From assembly GCF_009914755.1 (NCBI RefSeq), contig NC_060926.1: DNA of 64,000 nucleotides. One strand, 5' to 3'. Below, piece by piece: positions 26,119 to 42,904 of this stretch (positions are counted from its first letter, which is position 1; each line of letters begins with the position of its first letter). The translations under genes and the position numbers were made by a program. The DNA is from the human T2T-CHM13v2.0 reference genome, Homo sapiens. The notes beneath the pieces are model-generated. The model was not told the DNA's origin, made no database searches, and saw nothing but the letters and a program-made list of their open reading frames with translations.

Positions 26119-26627
26119 TTTTATTATTATTAATGTTGTTGAGTTACTACAGCAATAAATTACAATGACTATACTGTAATCTCCTTGAGGGTAGAGATTA
26201 ATGACTACCCCGAACCCAGCATAGCCCTTAGAACTCAATCATGGTTTAATAAATATTTGTTGATTCATAGGTTTTTAGTAAAAAAAAAATCTTTACTAAA
26301 TTTTCCTGTAATAAACAAAAAAGTTAAACATAATTCAAGAGAGAAAATAATCTGGTCTCTGTTATCCTTATTATATTCTGCATTTTGAAGTTTCACTGGG
26401 CTTAAATTATGTTATTGTTGACAGTTTTGGAATGAGTCAAATATGAGTTTGCATTTCCATTTCAGCCCTAATTACTGACTTGAGACCTTAGCTAAGTGAC
26501 TTAACCCTGTAGGGAAATCTGTATGTAAAATGATATTTGGTTTAGGGGTTAAGAGCATGCTTTCTGCAGCCAGGCTGCCTGAGTCCAAATCCTGGCTTGC
26601 CATTAGTTAGGGTATAATGGTAGACAA

Positions 26628-27100
26628 TTTAGTTTGGGTTCTCCACAAAGCAGATCCTTAAACAAGGACGTGGGTGCAGGTAACATATTTGGGAGGTAAT
26701 CCCAAGAAGCACACTTGAGTATGAGAGGGACAGGGCAGCCGGGGATGTCCCTCAAATTGTGCTAATGGGCAAGAAGAAATGGGCTTCAGCTCCCTGTAAG
26801 GTGATATAGAGAGCAAGCATCAGAATTGTTCCACCAAAGGAAGAGAACATTGAGCATTCATGTACTAAGCTGTGAACTTCATGGATGGAGAGTTGTCCCT
26901 GGGGTGCTGAAATCTCCAGCTCTTCCAAGCTATCCTGCTTGCTGAACAAGCTCCCGTAGCTCTGCAGACAGCCCTGTGGCAGGGAGGTGGAGTGACCATA
27001 GGCACAGGAGGCAAGAAGCTGTCCTCACACAGTCAATGTCCACCAAGGCTGCAGGTGAGCCACAGCGATATGAAGAGAGGCATCAACAGCGTCTGTCACA
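26628..27100. mobile_element. Old ERVL-class LTR inserted within a MIR
   Basis: ttagtttgggttctccacaaagcagatccttaaacaaggacgtgggtgcagg...tttgggaggtaatcccaagaagcac; same type of terminus as at 11445. MIR sequence precedes it (26545-26627). Confidence 0.55.
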
Positions 27101-27436
27101 TCTGTGAGCTCCACCCCTTTTTTGTATGTACATTAGAAGAAACTAAAATCTATAAGGCAGATTTCACAAAAGCCGATTAATTGCAATATATGATCTTTAA
27201 TTAGATCCAAGATTTTTAAAAATACAGCTATAAAAACATTATTGGGATGCTCAGGGAAATCTGAATCTAGCTTGCATATTAGGTAACATAGTTGTATTAA
27301 TACTACATTTCTTGGGTATGAGAATGATATTGTGGCTATTTAGAAGATCCTTGTTCCTTGGAAACACATGCTGAAGTATCTACAGGTAAAGCGGAATGAT
27401 GTCTGCAACTTGCCTTTGAATATTTAAGAAATATAT

Positions 27437-28817
<1,381 letters not shown>

Positions 28818-30885
28818 TAATTGGTTTTTATTTTTATATAGGTCTCAAAATTTTCGAAATAGGGTAGGAAAAATGTAAAATGTAGACTCTATCTCTATTT
28901 ATATTATTATTATGTATTACAGTAGTGTTTTTATAAGTGAGAATTAAATGGCTTCAACAGCTCAAAATAAAGGGTTTAAAGATAACGAGCAAGGAGATTA
29001 TTGTAAAAACTGACTTCCATTGGGGTTTTACTTTCACCTCAGTCACTGGGGAGTTTAAGGATAGAGAAATAAGTGTCATTCTGGCATCTGATTTCATATT
29101 CATAAAAATGCAAAAAGAATAGATTATGTCCTAAAATGATTGAGAAGCTATGGTTTGGTTGATGAACTAAAGATGATATAGAAGAGAAATCAAGCAACCA
29201 TAAGGCCCTTAAATGTCTGGGAATAGTACATTTATTTTAATAGCACAAAATGGAAATCAATTCCAATTTCAAATGAAGAATATATATGTATTGGAATTAA
29301 ATCCTCTTAAAATGTTTACACCCCATTTTGGCTCTAAAAAGATGAAAAACATCAAGAAGAGTATGTGATATAAGAACAGCTATATTAAAAAATAGGAATC
29401 CATTCTGCAGTATGAATTTTTTTAATTGGCACCATACAGCCTAACAAGATATATGCACCATAATAAACTAGAGATTAGAAAACTGAGAAATAAACAATAA
29501 AAATACATCTCTCTGAAGATAAATGTTTAAAAGATGGCAAAATATGGAATGTATATATACAGATTCCCTTCTCTCAAGCTATATTTGATGTTATTTTAAA
29601 CTTTCCATTTGCTAACATGTACATGAAAACCTAAACACAAGATTGAAACTCTGGTAGTAAAAGTTTCTGAAGATATAACAGATTGTTAAACTTTTTTTTT
29701 TTTACCCTCTTAAATGTTCTAATTGTCAATTATCATGCTATAAATTTGGGGTGTGTTTAGTTATTTCTCATCAGTCTTCTCTTCTGCATGATGTGGCTAA
29801 ATACAGTGAGACTGTTTGCCACTCCCTCTGTTCATTGCTCCTGAGCATCCACCTGGTGGGATATTAACACACCATTCAGAGAACACGAGGAACACAGGGA
29901 AACATCAGCATAATTAAATAACGCCATCAGCCTCTGAAGTGTACTCCCAACTGTGCTGCTCCACATGAAAGAGCTTTTAAATATAGATCACCTAGGAGTC
30001 TCCTGTGCAAATCTCACTTTTCTTCCTTCCATTCCATCAGAGGAACTAAAATAGGATGTAGCATTTGAGAGGCAGAGACCCCAGGTGTTTCTTTCTATTT
30101 CAATAATTTTAAGCTCATTTTGCAAAAGTATCCAGCTACCACTTATATCTACATGATGTTAATATCTGTATGGAAAGCAGAAAATTTATATAAATTAGTT
30201 GAAGAGTGAGTCTAATCAACCCATTAGGAATCAAATATTTGATTTCTACCTTGAGCAAATAGAGTACATTTTACTGCTAAACTCATGCTACTACTGATGG
30301 CCCAATTCAACCAATTCTTCCTTTTCCTGGCTTTCCTTACCTGTCAGACAGTCTACACCTGTGCCTCAAGCAGACTTTTGTCTCCAGTGCTTTTCATAAG
30401 GATAGCTCTTTTAATTCTAGATTTCCTTTGGTTTTTAAATGGCTTGCATTTTAACGTCAGTAGATGGCCTTGACACCTTCTTTGCTTTTTACTCCTTCTT
30501 TTTTTACTGACCTTTTTTCTCTCTTTTTACCTGGTTCTGTCCTTCTCACATCTCTGTGTCTCTGCACTCATCTATTCTCGTGTTATCCATTTCCTTGGTG
30601 ATGACACTCAGTAAGTGATACTCTCTCTTGCATTATTTTCCCAATTTCAGGACAAGCTGCTGGAGCATGTGCCTTGTCGTCTGACTCCTCTGCCACTGGC
30701 ACAGACATTGGGACATAGGCCACAGCTTGTGCCATGGGAGGAGACCAGCAGTAGTTGCATTGTACAGCAAGGGTAATAGTGGTCGGAATGTTTTCAGAGA
30801 AAAGTGGGGGCTGACGCATGGGGAGAAAAGCATCTTCCTTGCTTGCTTTATTTTTCTCATCCTATACTGAAATGTTCAGTTGTCT

Positions 30886-31350
30886 GTATCAGTCATGGTA
30901 CTGGCAGGAAACAAATGGTAAACTTAACAGGGATAATTGAAAAGAGTTTAGCAAAGGGACTATCTACAAAGGTATGCATGTGGTTTGGGGAACTCAACAA
31001 CAAAGAATAGTGAAGCACGCTGGAGTTGGCAAAGTGTGGAAAGCCATCACAACTACTGCTTGAGAAGCAACAGCAGGGAGCAGTTACTCTAACTGGGGAG
31101 GCCTATAACTGGAGGAAAGAGCCGCCTGATAGAAGCCGTCGTCCTTGTTGCAGAGACTAAGCCATACTAGAGTCACCCAAGAGACAGAAGCCAAGAAACT
31201 GAGGAAATAAATACTTTGACCTCTCTCTCATCTCATCCTCCAGTTTTCTGCTGGGCCTCCCATTGATCAAACCCAGCAGAAGCCAGAAAGCAATGAAGCT
31301 GATGTAGTCCATAGAGCACAGAAGCATGGAGGATGATTCAGGAGAGACAG
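30886..31350 (-). mobile_element. Old ERVL LTR (LTR16/LTR33-like)
   Basis: tgtatcagtcatggtactggcaggaaacaaatggtaaac terminus. Confidence 0.55.
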
Positions 31351-34159
31351 ATATGCAGTACAATGATGGAGATTTTGTCAATTTGACTTGAGTGCACAGA
31401 TCTGTGCAATGGCAATGATACCATGAAAATAACAATGAGGATGAAGATAACAAATATGATAAGAGTAGTAGTGTTTGTTGTGGTAGTAGTAGTGATATTA
31501 TACTTTCATAGAATGTTTTACACTTTCAAAGTGCTTCTACACACATCTCATTGTCCCCAGGAATAGATAGACAATGAAGTACTTAGTTTGCATTGTGAAT
31601 GATCACATCTTGTTTAATTATTGGTCTAGTGGTTTACATGTAGATGGGATGTTTTATTCACTTATTTTAGTAATAGATATTGAAAATCTACTCTGTCCCA
31701 GGCTCTGTGCTAGCTGTGAGTGGGAGAAAGGGTCTGTTTCCTCTTGAAGCCTATAGCCTACACCTAGCTTTGAAATACAGACCACTTCCCTGGTGAGAGA
31801 GAGACCTGGACCAGTTAAAGCACTATTCAGACCTATTGCTCAAACTTTGAGTTCAGAATAAGGTCTGAAGGGATGCCAATGGACCTGGGGTCTACCTTAT
31901 ACCTTTGGACTCTGCAATGGCCCCTAGGAGGTTTCCAGTTTCTCCTTGTTTTATCTTGCTTAATGTTGAATGATAGGAAATGTGGAAACATCCTTTAAAA
32001 ACAAATACTGCAATTACATTTTCATTTTAATCCCTGGCAAAGAGTGATAACAGGATTGTTTTGTTTTCTGGGTTTTCAATTTGTTAAAGACCTATGATAT
32101 TTCTTCACTGAGGAAGTGTCTTGGTGAATTATAAAGAACACAGGGCTTACAGCCAGAAGATGAGAATTTTGAGACCTGGACTTACCATAGACTAGCTCTT
32201 GGATGTTGGACATGTCATTGGTTTTTCTAAGCCAATAATTATAATTTTCTATAAGAAATTACAGATAATTTCTTTATCTATAAAATCAGAATAGTAATGT
32301 TAAGACAGCAAGATTCTTATGTGGATTAAATGAGTTAATGTATACTGTATCAAAGTTTTTGTTAAAACTACAAAGACTTACTCAAATCTTAGTTGTTATA
32401 ATATTTGGCTGGTAAATTCACTAAAATATTAAAATATTTTGCTGCCCAAAATTTGGATGTTGAGAAAGATTCAGTTAATTTTATTTCCATCTAGATGTTT
32501 GGCACCATGCAGGCATAACCACAAGAATACTTTTGAAAATTTCTGGGCAAATGAATTTCCCTGCAAATGAAGTGAATTATTATATATGTAAAAAGATCAT
32601 TTCTCAGAGAGTTTGTCTGAACTTAACTGCTTTTTTTGATGAATTCAGCTACAATTTCAACCACAGGCTTCCCCTATTTGAATTCTGCCTGTTTTATACT
32701 GTTAATCCAGAGGATTTTGGCAAGTGCCTACCACATCAACCTGCTTCCTTGCAGAAGCCTCCAGAGGCAGTGCTTTCAGACTAAGTATGCATGAAGGTAT
32801 GAATCTTGACCCCACCACTTTCTAGCTGCGTAAACTTGAGAAAGTATTTGACCTCTTTGAGCCTTGACTTCTGCATTTCTAAAATGGAAAGTAGTGTTTG
32901 TTATTCTGTATTTGGCCCCCATCCCCCAAAACAAAGCCATGCACATAGCCTCAGTGAGACTTGCTTGGGTTTAGCCAATGGCAGGTCAGGTTGCAAAAGA
33001 GAGAAAGGTTGGAGTATTTCTTAATCTTCTCCTTGCCTCTCAACACTGCAGATCTTCACCTGGCCACAACCCTTCAAGATCAGCTCTGGCAGTGGCTCTT
33101 TCTCCATGGTGGTAGCAATCACTGGGCCCCCGTAACACCGTTCCTCCCCTTGCCCTTTCAGTCCTCAGGCAGCCCACCCTCTTGCTACTCTCTGATATCT
33201 CACCCTAACTGATATGTGGGTTTAGTAATAATAAGTACTTTCTAGGGTTGTGGATTGGGAATTAAGGTAATACTATGGGAAGAGCACTTAAAACAAGGAC
33301 TGAGACTTAAGAGCTCAACAGCCATTAGCCATTGTCACTTTGTTCTTCTTCCATCCTTGGAGCCTTAGTTTTCTGACTTTCTTTCCACCTCAGCCTAGAA
33401 ATCGGCCATCAGCTCCCTTTTACTCCTGTCTATTCCTGCGCCCACCACCACCCACACCCAGCTTCTGAGACCCTGGGTTTTTTTGACTCTCCAGTAGGGA
33501 CTTTGGACAAGACTGCACATTTCTAAAAATAGCTTATTCATACTGTTAAACAAAATCAATCTTAAAAATTACTCACAAGATTAGAAAATACATATCATTA
33601 ACTCTCATTTATGAATTATAGCTTTAACATATGTATGCAGCAGCGTAATTTGTGGAGAAATAGATGAAAAACTAACTGTTAACCTCTTAACAGGAGATTC
33701 ATTCTCAGTAAATCATAAAGGGAGGAATGGATTGGGATAATAACACAGACTAGCAATGGCAGCAGTGGTAAATTTCAGTTTGTCAGATTAATTGAAGAGG
33801 CCCATAAAATACCAATAAAGTCCAGTTTTAAAAATAGTTATTAGATGCTTGAGGTTTTTCAGAAATGGATAAGCAAATATAAAACTCTTATTTTGACAGA
33901 GCGTAAAAATCTGCCTGTAAAAATTAGTAAAGAAGTTTGGAGCATTATATAGAAATAGAGCCAAAATAACTATTTTAAAAAAGCAAAAAGTAAATGCTTC
34001 CGTGAGATTATTTTCAGACCTAGAATTGCACAATTGTAGGAATGACTTTCATAGAAATATTCTGATAGGATACCAACTTAGGACTGGTTAAAAAAAATAA
34101 CAGAGCCATCTCAAGCTGGGGAAAGAGGGGCTGGAACCCTGCAACTGGAGAACTAGGAT

Positions 34160-34683
34160 ATGTTAGACAGGGTTCTCCAGATAAACAGAAACAGTAGAAT
34201 GTATATATATATGCAAGAGGAGATTTATTATGGGAATTAGCTCAAGCAATTGTAAACACTGAGAGGTTCCACGTTCTGCTGTCTGCAAACTGGAGAACCA
34301 GGAAAACTAGTGGTATAATTCAGTCTAATTCTAAAGGCCTATGAACCAGGGCAGCTGAAGATGTAACTCACACTCTGAGGTTGAAGGCCTGAGAATCAGG
34401 AAGACTGCTGGTCTAAATACTGAAGTCTGAAGACCTGAGAACTAGGGCAAGATGGATGTCCCACTCAACAAGAGAGAGATAATTTGTCCTTCCTTCACCT
34501 TTTTGTTCTATTGGGGCTCTCAATGATGCCTACCCACACTGGTAAGGGTGCATCTTCTTAGTCCACTGATTCAATTTGTAATCTCTTCAAGAAACACTCT
34601 CAGAGATACACCCAGAAATGTTTTACCAGCTATCTGTGCATCCCTTAAGCTAGTCAATTTGACATATAAAATTAACCATTACG
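34160..34683 (-). mobile_element. MLT2 (ERVL) LTR
   Basis: agggttctccagataaacagaa...gagatttattatgggaattagctc...agtcaatttgacatataaaattaaccattac. Confidence 0.85.
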
Positions 34684-35580
34684 CAGGAAAACAGTCACAA
34701 ACCACTTCCCAGAAGCACTAGCAGGGGTGGCATAACCAGAACTCATAAAAGTGTCTAGAAGCTATGAGTATCTAGTCATTGTAGTAGAAGCATAAACTGA
34801 GACTGCAATGCAGGATCTTGAAGGAATCTGCAAAGGGCCATATAAATGAAGCTGCTATGTCTAATCCTCATGGACAAACTGTAACTCAGAACTGTGCTGG
34901 GACGTGGACTCTGGGATATGTAGTTTCAGGACTCGGAAGGGTGTGGTGATGGTGGTGATAAGTTGGCAACAGACAATCTTGCAGACGTACCACTGGAGAC
35001 CATTCTTGATACTTTATAACATAATTTTCTATAATTGTAACAAGAATTATATGCAGTAGGTATGTTTATCCCCATTTTATTGGGGCCAGAGAGATGTAGG
35101 AACTGGGGCCGGAGAGATGTGGTAACTTCTACAAGGTCATATTTGTCTAGCTTTCTGTGATCCTTCTTCTCTATGTGAATTATGAAAGGCCATGCTCCTT
35201 TTATCTTAAGAATCCTCCAAATTACCATTAACATAAGAGCTAACATTTTCTATCATAGAAAATAAAGTATATGAGAACGATAAGTGGGATTAGTTTGAAT
35301 GAGTTTTGCAAATGAATGTCAAGAATTTATCAAGTTCTCTTTTTCAGATTAGCACTCACTGTGAGCTCATAACTGGTAGTGGCTCAGAGTGCAAAATAAA
35401 TCTTATTCCCACAAGTTGAGTTTGTACTGAGTTCCAGTGAAATAATACCTTGCCTTTCAGCCACTAGAAAGTGACTTGGCTTTCCCAATGGTGAAGATAA
35501 ATGAATAAAATTTAGGGGAAGAGAAGCGAGCTTCTGGAAGTCTAAGGCTGGGGATAAGTGGGGAAGTGGGGTGCATTCTT

Positions 35581-35885
35581 TTTTTTTTTTTTTTTTTTTT
35601 TTTTTGAGATGGAGTCTTGCTCTGTGGCCCAGGCTGGAGTGCAGTGGCACAATCTTGGCTCACTGCAAGCTCCACCTCCCGGTTCACGCCATTCTCCTGC
35701 CTCAGCCTTTCAAGTAGCTGGGACTACAGGTGCCCACCACCATGCCCGGCTAGTATTTTGTATTTTTAGTAGAGATGGGGTTTCACCGCATTAGTCAGGA
35801 TGGTCTCGATCTCCTGACCTCGTGATCTGCCCACCTCGGCCTCCCAAAGTGCTGGGATTACAGGTGTGAGCCACCGTGCCCGGTC
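35581..35885 (-). mobile_element. AluY with long poly-T and 12-bp TSD, one mismatch
   Basis: ctgcaagctcc, ttcacgccattctcc, cctgacctcgtgat; TSD gggtgcattctt / gggtgcactctt. Confidence 0.95.
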
Positions 35886-36599
35886 GGGTGCACTCTTAAT
35901 CGGAACCAGGACTTTAATTCCACCTACTGACTCCAAGATCATCCCAAGCTGGGCCCACTCAAGAACAGACTCAGACTGGGAATTGCCTCACAATTTAACT
36001 AGTCTTCAGGACCAGAATTATTTGAAATAGTATCTGCATCTGCCCTAACAGTTGCAAGTTCAACATTCATTCTCAAACTGTAAGTTTCTCTATGACGGAG
36101 ATGCAGTAAAGAAAAAGAATGGCAATTTCTGCTTGGTGTTTATGTAAATATGAAAGTAAAAGTATGCAAAGGCTAAATGCAGAGTATTGGCTGGCCAGGA
36201 AAGTCAATTAATTCAAAAGAAAAGAAAAGTGTGAGAGAATCCAGGTTAAGAGTCTGAAGGTCAAGTTGAAGGCAAAGAGGAAATGTTAATGGAAAGAAGG
36301 AGTGGAAGTGGTAAGAAGTGTATGAATGTGGTTAGAGGGCAATTTCAGAAACCAAAAGCTTTGAGAGGGAGCAGTTTAAAAAGACATGAAGGTCTAGTGT
36401 ATGGATGAATGAGTAGGTGCCTGAGGTCAAGTTAAGTTGAAGGTTACAGGCACCTAGCAAACTCAGAAATGATATGGGCAGGCCAATGCATATTGATGGT
36501 GAAGTAACTGGTATTGTTAATCATGTCAGCCATACTCTCTATTCTCTGGTCCTCCTCACCCTCTATTCCACCCACCATGCTAATCCTCAGATTACTGTC

Positions 36600-37955
<1,356 letters not shown>

Positions 37956-37958
37956 CCT

Positions 37959-38371
37959 TGTGTTAGCCTATTTTTCTGTTGCTGTAAAGAAATATCCAAG
38001 ACTGGGTAATTTATAAAGAAAATATGTTTAATTGACTCATGGTTCTTCAGGCTGTACAGGAAGCATGGCACTGGCATCTGCTTTGCTTCTGGTGAGTCCT
38101 CAGGGAGATTTTACTCATGGAAGAAGGTGAAGTGGGAGTGGGGGTGTCACATGGCCAGTGAGGAAGCAAGAGAAAGGAGAGATGCCACCCTCTTTTACAA
38201 CTAGATTTTGCATTAACTCAGAACAAGAACACACTCATTATCATGAGGACAGCACCAAGTCATTCATGAAGGGTCTACTCCCCAAACACCTCCCACCAGG
38301 CCCCACTTCCAACATTGGGGATTACACTTCAGCATGAGATTTGGAAGGGACACACTTCTAATCTATATTAC
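37959..38371 (-). mobile_element. MST MaLR LTR
   Basis: gactgggtaatttataaagaaa...ggctgtacaggaagcatggcactggcatctgc...ccaacattggggattacacttcagcatgagatttgg. Confidence 0.88.
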
Positions 38372-38610
38372 CCCTACACCAGATTTTTGTCTTTTGTAAG
38401 ATTTCTCCCCAGAAAGGAGAAAGTGAAGGAGGCTAGATAAAATGAACAAATTAAGAGTCTTCAGCATGAAGAATAAGAAGGGAGGAGGGGAAAGGGTTCC
38501 TAAAAATTACAGCCAGCATTTATTGCCTATTTCATATATGCCAGGCATTGAGTTAGGCAGTTTTCACAGATCATTATCTTGTATGCTGTCACAGCCATCT
38601 TGTGAGGTGC

Positions 38611-39085
38611 TGTGGTAAGCAAAATAATGGTCTCCTAAAGATGTCTAGGTCCTTATCCCCAGAACCTGTGAATATGTTACCTTATATAGCAAAAAGGACT
38701 TTGCACATGTGATTTTGTGGGTGAAGGATTTCGCACATGAGATTAAGTGAAGGATATTGAGATGAGATGATTATCCTGATTATTTGGGTAGGCCCAATGT
38801 AGTCCAAATGGCCTTATAAGAGGGAGGCAGGGGGTCAGAGAAGGAGATGTGAAGATGGAAGTAGAGGGTGGAGTGATAGGGTCATGAGCCAAGGAATGTG
38901 GGCAGCCTCTAGAAACTGTAAAAGGCAAGGAAGAGATTTTTCTCTAGTGCCTTCAGAAGGAATACCTTGAAATCAGCCCTGTAAGAACCATTTTAGACTT
39001 CTGAGCTTCAGACTGTAAAATAATACATGTGTATTGTTTTAAGCTACTAAGTTAGTGGTAAATTGTTACAGCAGCATGTGTACTA
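38611..39085 (+). mobile_element. MLT1D-like MaLR LTR inserted into a minus-strand MIR (MIR pieces ~38515-38610 and ~39086-39225)
   Basis: tgtggtaagcaaaataatggtctcctaaagatgtc...ccccagaacctgtgaatatgttacctta...ttgttacagcagca. MIR is continuous across the insertion (cagccatcttgtgaggt / tattagctccactcacacacaaggaaattaaagc). Confidence 0.85.
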
Positions 39086-39379
39086 GTATTAGCTCCACTC
39101 ACACACAAGGAAATTAAAGCCTAAGGACTTAAATAATTGCGCTGAGGTCACACAACTAGTAAGTGGTAGAGCTGGGATTCAAACTCAGGTAATCTCAGCT
39201 GGCCACCTCATGCTCTTAACTGCAATGCTATGTGCACGCAATGCCTGCAGATCTAGAGAGGGCTAGCTTTGTTTCCAGGACAGAGCTATGGATTCAAGTT
39301 AGAGTCAACCAATTAAGAGACTCGACAGAAAAATGAAGAATAAGAGAAGAGAAAGCGGGGCTATCTGTTCTCCCAGTTA

Positions 39380-39690
39380 TGTGGCACATTTGGTGTCTCT
39401 GGAGCCTGGTGCACTGGGTGACGACTGTGCCACTTAACCTGTGGCCACAGATTCTGTGGGGTAGTGCTATCCCACAGCTGTGCCTCTATCCAGGATCTGG
39501 TATCTGCCCTGTCCTCTTGCCTTCTCAGGCCTCCGGGCATTAAGCTTCTTGCTCGCTAATCTCTGTACACTCTCCCTTGTTGGCTCCCTTCACCCTGCCC
39601 ACACTTGCAAATTGTTCCCACATTAAACTCTTTTCAATTAACCCTGTAAGTGAACCATCTGTTTCCTGCCGGGTCCCTGACTGGTATGAT
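39380..39690 (+). mobile_element. Old ERVL LTR (LTR16/LTR33-like) 3' part
   Basis: cattaaactcttttcaattaaccctgtaagtgaaccatctgtttcctgccgggtccctgactggta. Confidence 0.55.
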
Positions 39691-40829
39691 GTTCAAGGTG
39701 AGGATGCAACAGCTGCAGAAAAGTTGACACAGTGGCATCAGCAGATGGTCAGTGTTCAAAGAGCAGAGGTAGTTGCATGATGGCAGGATTATTGTATGGG
39801 AAACAGAGCTGGGTCTAGATAAAGTGATTTGGTCAGAGACATTTTCAGGAAAGGTGATGATGTTACCCAAAAGTCAGAGTTCAGGTGGGGTAGCCAGAGC
39901 ATTATGGAAGAAGTCGAGTTTACAGTATCCCAAATATAAACGTTGTTAGTAGTTTTGCAACTTCCAGTGGGAAATTTGAAGAGTGGGCTGACCGTGTCAG
40001 TTCAGAGGAGTTTTTATTAGACTTACAGATGTAGAGGTGCATTCATGGGTGCAGTGCCATTACATGTTAAAGAATTGTTTCATTACTATGTTTGGACAAC
40101 ACTGTAGAGTGTCTTGCCATGTCCCTAGGGTTGGGTAACTCTGCTTTAGGTGTAGGCCCCAGCCTCTGCTTGTTGCCCCTGTTCAAACTTGGATGCCTTC
40201 TGCTGTACTGACCAGATACGTATCCCTCAATCTGAGCCAGGAGCACTTTTACTTTCTGAATCGGACTAGTTTTCAGTTTCCCTGCCTCTGGGCAGGTTAG
40301 GCCAGATGGTAGACACACCTCTGCAAATGGACTTCTTCAAAGGCCGCACTTTGGCCTTGGGAGTGTGAGACTTTGGCAGAGTGATTTGAGCAATAAAACC
40401 TTACATATGCACAGCATATTTTTTTCAAGGAGTTTGGATATTTCCTACCATAGTGAATGTCAGGGACAAAAGGCAAAAGATTGGGAAGCTGTCTCATAGC
40501 TAGATTCAATTCCCTTATTGTCCCTGACTCAAGGTGTGGAGTGGTGTTTTCCTCGCCCACGAGGTTGTAGGAATTTACCTTACTATACTCTGCTTCTCCC
40601 CATCCCCCCACAAAAAAAGAATGATAGCGTTGTCCAAAGGTACTTTCCAGGGGTTCTGTCAGTTAGGAAGTCAGAGGCAGTTCTTAGCCTGTGCATCTGA
40701 GCATAAAAGCTTTTCAGTGCCCACAAATAGGGAAGTCTGAGAAATTGGCTCAAGCCAACTAAATCTACTAAAAGTGAAGTCTAAATCAGAAAGCACTATT
40801 GAAAAGTCTTTTGTCTCATGTCAATTCTC

Positions 40830-40990
40830 ATAACAATCCTGAAAGGTATGTAGGATCTCTTATGAATTCCCATTAAGACAAGGAAACTGAGACACAGAAA
40901 GGGTGAGTCACTTGTCCAGAATCCCACAGGTAGTAGGTGGCAGAGCCCAGCTCGGGACCCAGACATCCAGTTCAGTAGCCTGTGCCAGTC
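40830..40990 (-). mobile_element. MIR SINE
   Basis: ggaaactgagacacagaaagggtgagtcacttgtccagaatcccacaggtagtaggtggcagagcc. Confidence 0.75.
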
Positions 40991-42310
40991 TTCAAGGTGG
41001 TACTTAGACAAGACATTCATGAAGTAGTATTTGGATCACACATTTTCTCCCTGAGGCAAACAGATGGAAATGTAACCTACAGTCAAGATTACTTGGGGAA
41101 TATTAAGTACAAACAAAGAGGAATTAGGTTTTCTTAATGAAGGGTTCTTCAGCTAAGAGTGCTTGAAACATATTCTTCCCCCACCGAGGAGAGCATCAGC
41201 CAGCGAGATGATGAAGTCTTCTGGTGAGGACACCTCCTAGGGACTAGACAGGCTAACTTCTTGGTCCCATCCTCTTTTCCCTCACTCTACCACTCAGAGA
41301 TTTCTGTTAACCCTTTCTTCTCTTAGCTTTGCTAATGTTATTGTCTTTGCCACAGCTTCAAACATGCTAATTGCCAGGCTTTGACTGCAGCTCCTCTCTA
41401 ATCTCTTGATTGGAACTGAATCTGGAAGCTCATTAGCCAGCCCTTCCTGGGTTAGGATTCTGATTCTGGGCTTGCTTTTATGGGCTCTTGACTCACCATT
41501 TTGGATTGACCTACTTAGTTCTAAAGCTGAAGTTTTCATTTTGCTTTGTAACATTTGGGGGAAATTCTCAGTCAACAGTTGTCAAGAGGGTCTCCCATTT
41601 GGGAACGGCAACAGCATTTAGACCTTTGGTGTGTTATTTTATTCCAATTATTTTGTTCAAAGGTCCCTGAGATCAAGTGTACAGGAATTAAAGAAGCTTT
41701 CCCGGGGATGCTAGGGACAGGATGAGATGATAGTAAAACTCTGGGGCTCTTCTGTACAGCACAAAATATAGGCAGAAGCAGCATGACTTGTCCTCTTGAA
41801 TAATCTGGAAAAGTGGCACTATTTGAAATGGGTTAATATGTTGATATGACTGTTTTAAGATGATTGAAAAAATATTAGCGAAAGAAATGTGAAAACAGGA
41901 CTTGATTTTTCACATCTTTTCTCCAGTGTTATTCACCACCAGTTTGGACCTGCAAATATAAACTCAGAAAGCAGACTCTCCAACTACCTGTTTCTAAACT
42001 TATGTCATTTGTAAATGGTTCATATGCCTGAGACTGTTTCTATATCCTATTCTATGATATAAGTCTAGCACCTGATTTTAATCTTTTAAATAGATAATTA
42101 TAATATTTTAATAATAATATGAATATAAATATTATAGCCGTGTTTAGGAAAAACAAAAAATGCCAAATTGAGTATAGTAATAGTCCTTTCTGGTCAGCAT
42201 TCTTATTTTAATGATGATATCAATAGATATTTTGCACGAAAGTTTGGTTACTCTGCGCAACAAAAATCGACTTTAAGAGATAAGTAAAACTTTTCAAACA
42301 CTCCTAGCAA

Positions 42311-42573
42311 GTCACTCAGGCTGGAGTGCAATGGTGCAATCTCGGCTCACCACCACCTCTCCCTCCTGGGTACAAGCCGTTCTCCTGCCTCAGCCTCTAA
42401 GTAGCTGGGATTACAGGCGCCCACCACTGCGCCTAGCTAATTTTTGTATTTTTAGTAGGGAGGGGCTTTCACCATGTTGACCAGGCTGGTCTCGAACACC
42501 TGACCTCAGGTGATCCACCCGCCCCAGTCTCCCAAAGTGCTGGGATTGCAGGCATGAGCTACCGCGCCTAGCC
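42311..42573 (-). mobile_element. AluS lacking its 3' end and poly-A tail
   Basis: Starts gtcactcaggctggagtgc with no poly-T and no gagacggagtct; CTAGCAA lies flush on both sides. Confidence 0.9.
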
Positions 42574-42904
42574 CTAGCAACTCCTAATAGTCTAGCAAAC
42601 GTCTATCTGGTTCAAAAGTAATGAAGGGCTTTGTTATCTAGTGAGAGTCATGTGTATTGAGGGATCAAGCCACACCAAAGAGACTTTAGAAATACTTGTT
42701 CCTCAAGTAAGCTTGATGGACGGAGCCAAATCTAGGATGGCAAAATGGCCAGAGGCGATGTTCACAGTCCACGCCATTGCATACTTGAAGGTGCATCCTT
42801 CATGGTGAACACTTCACCTCACAGTCTGACTCTTGATTTTTTTGCATAATGTTCAATAGGATGGGGAAAAGAATAAATTATTTCAGAAAAAAATTAAAAC
42901 AACA

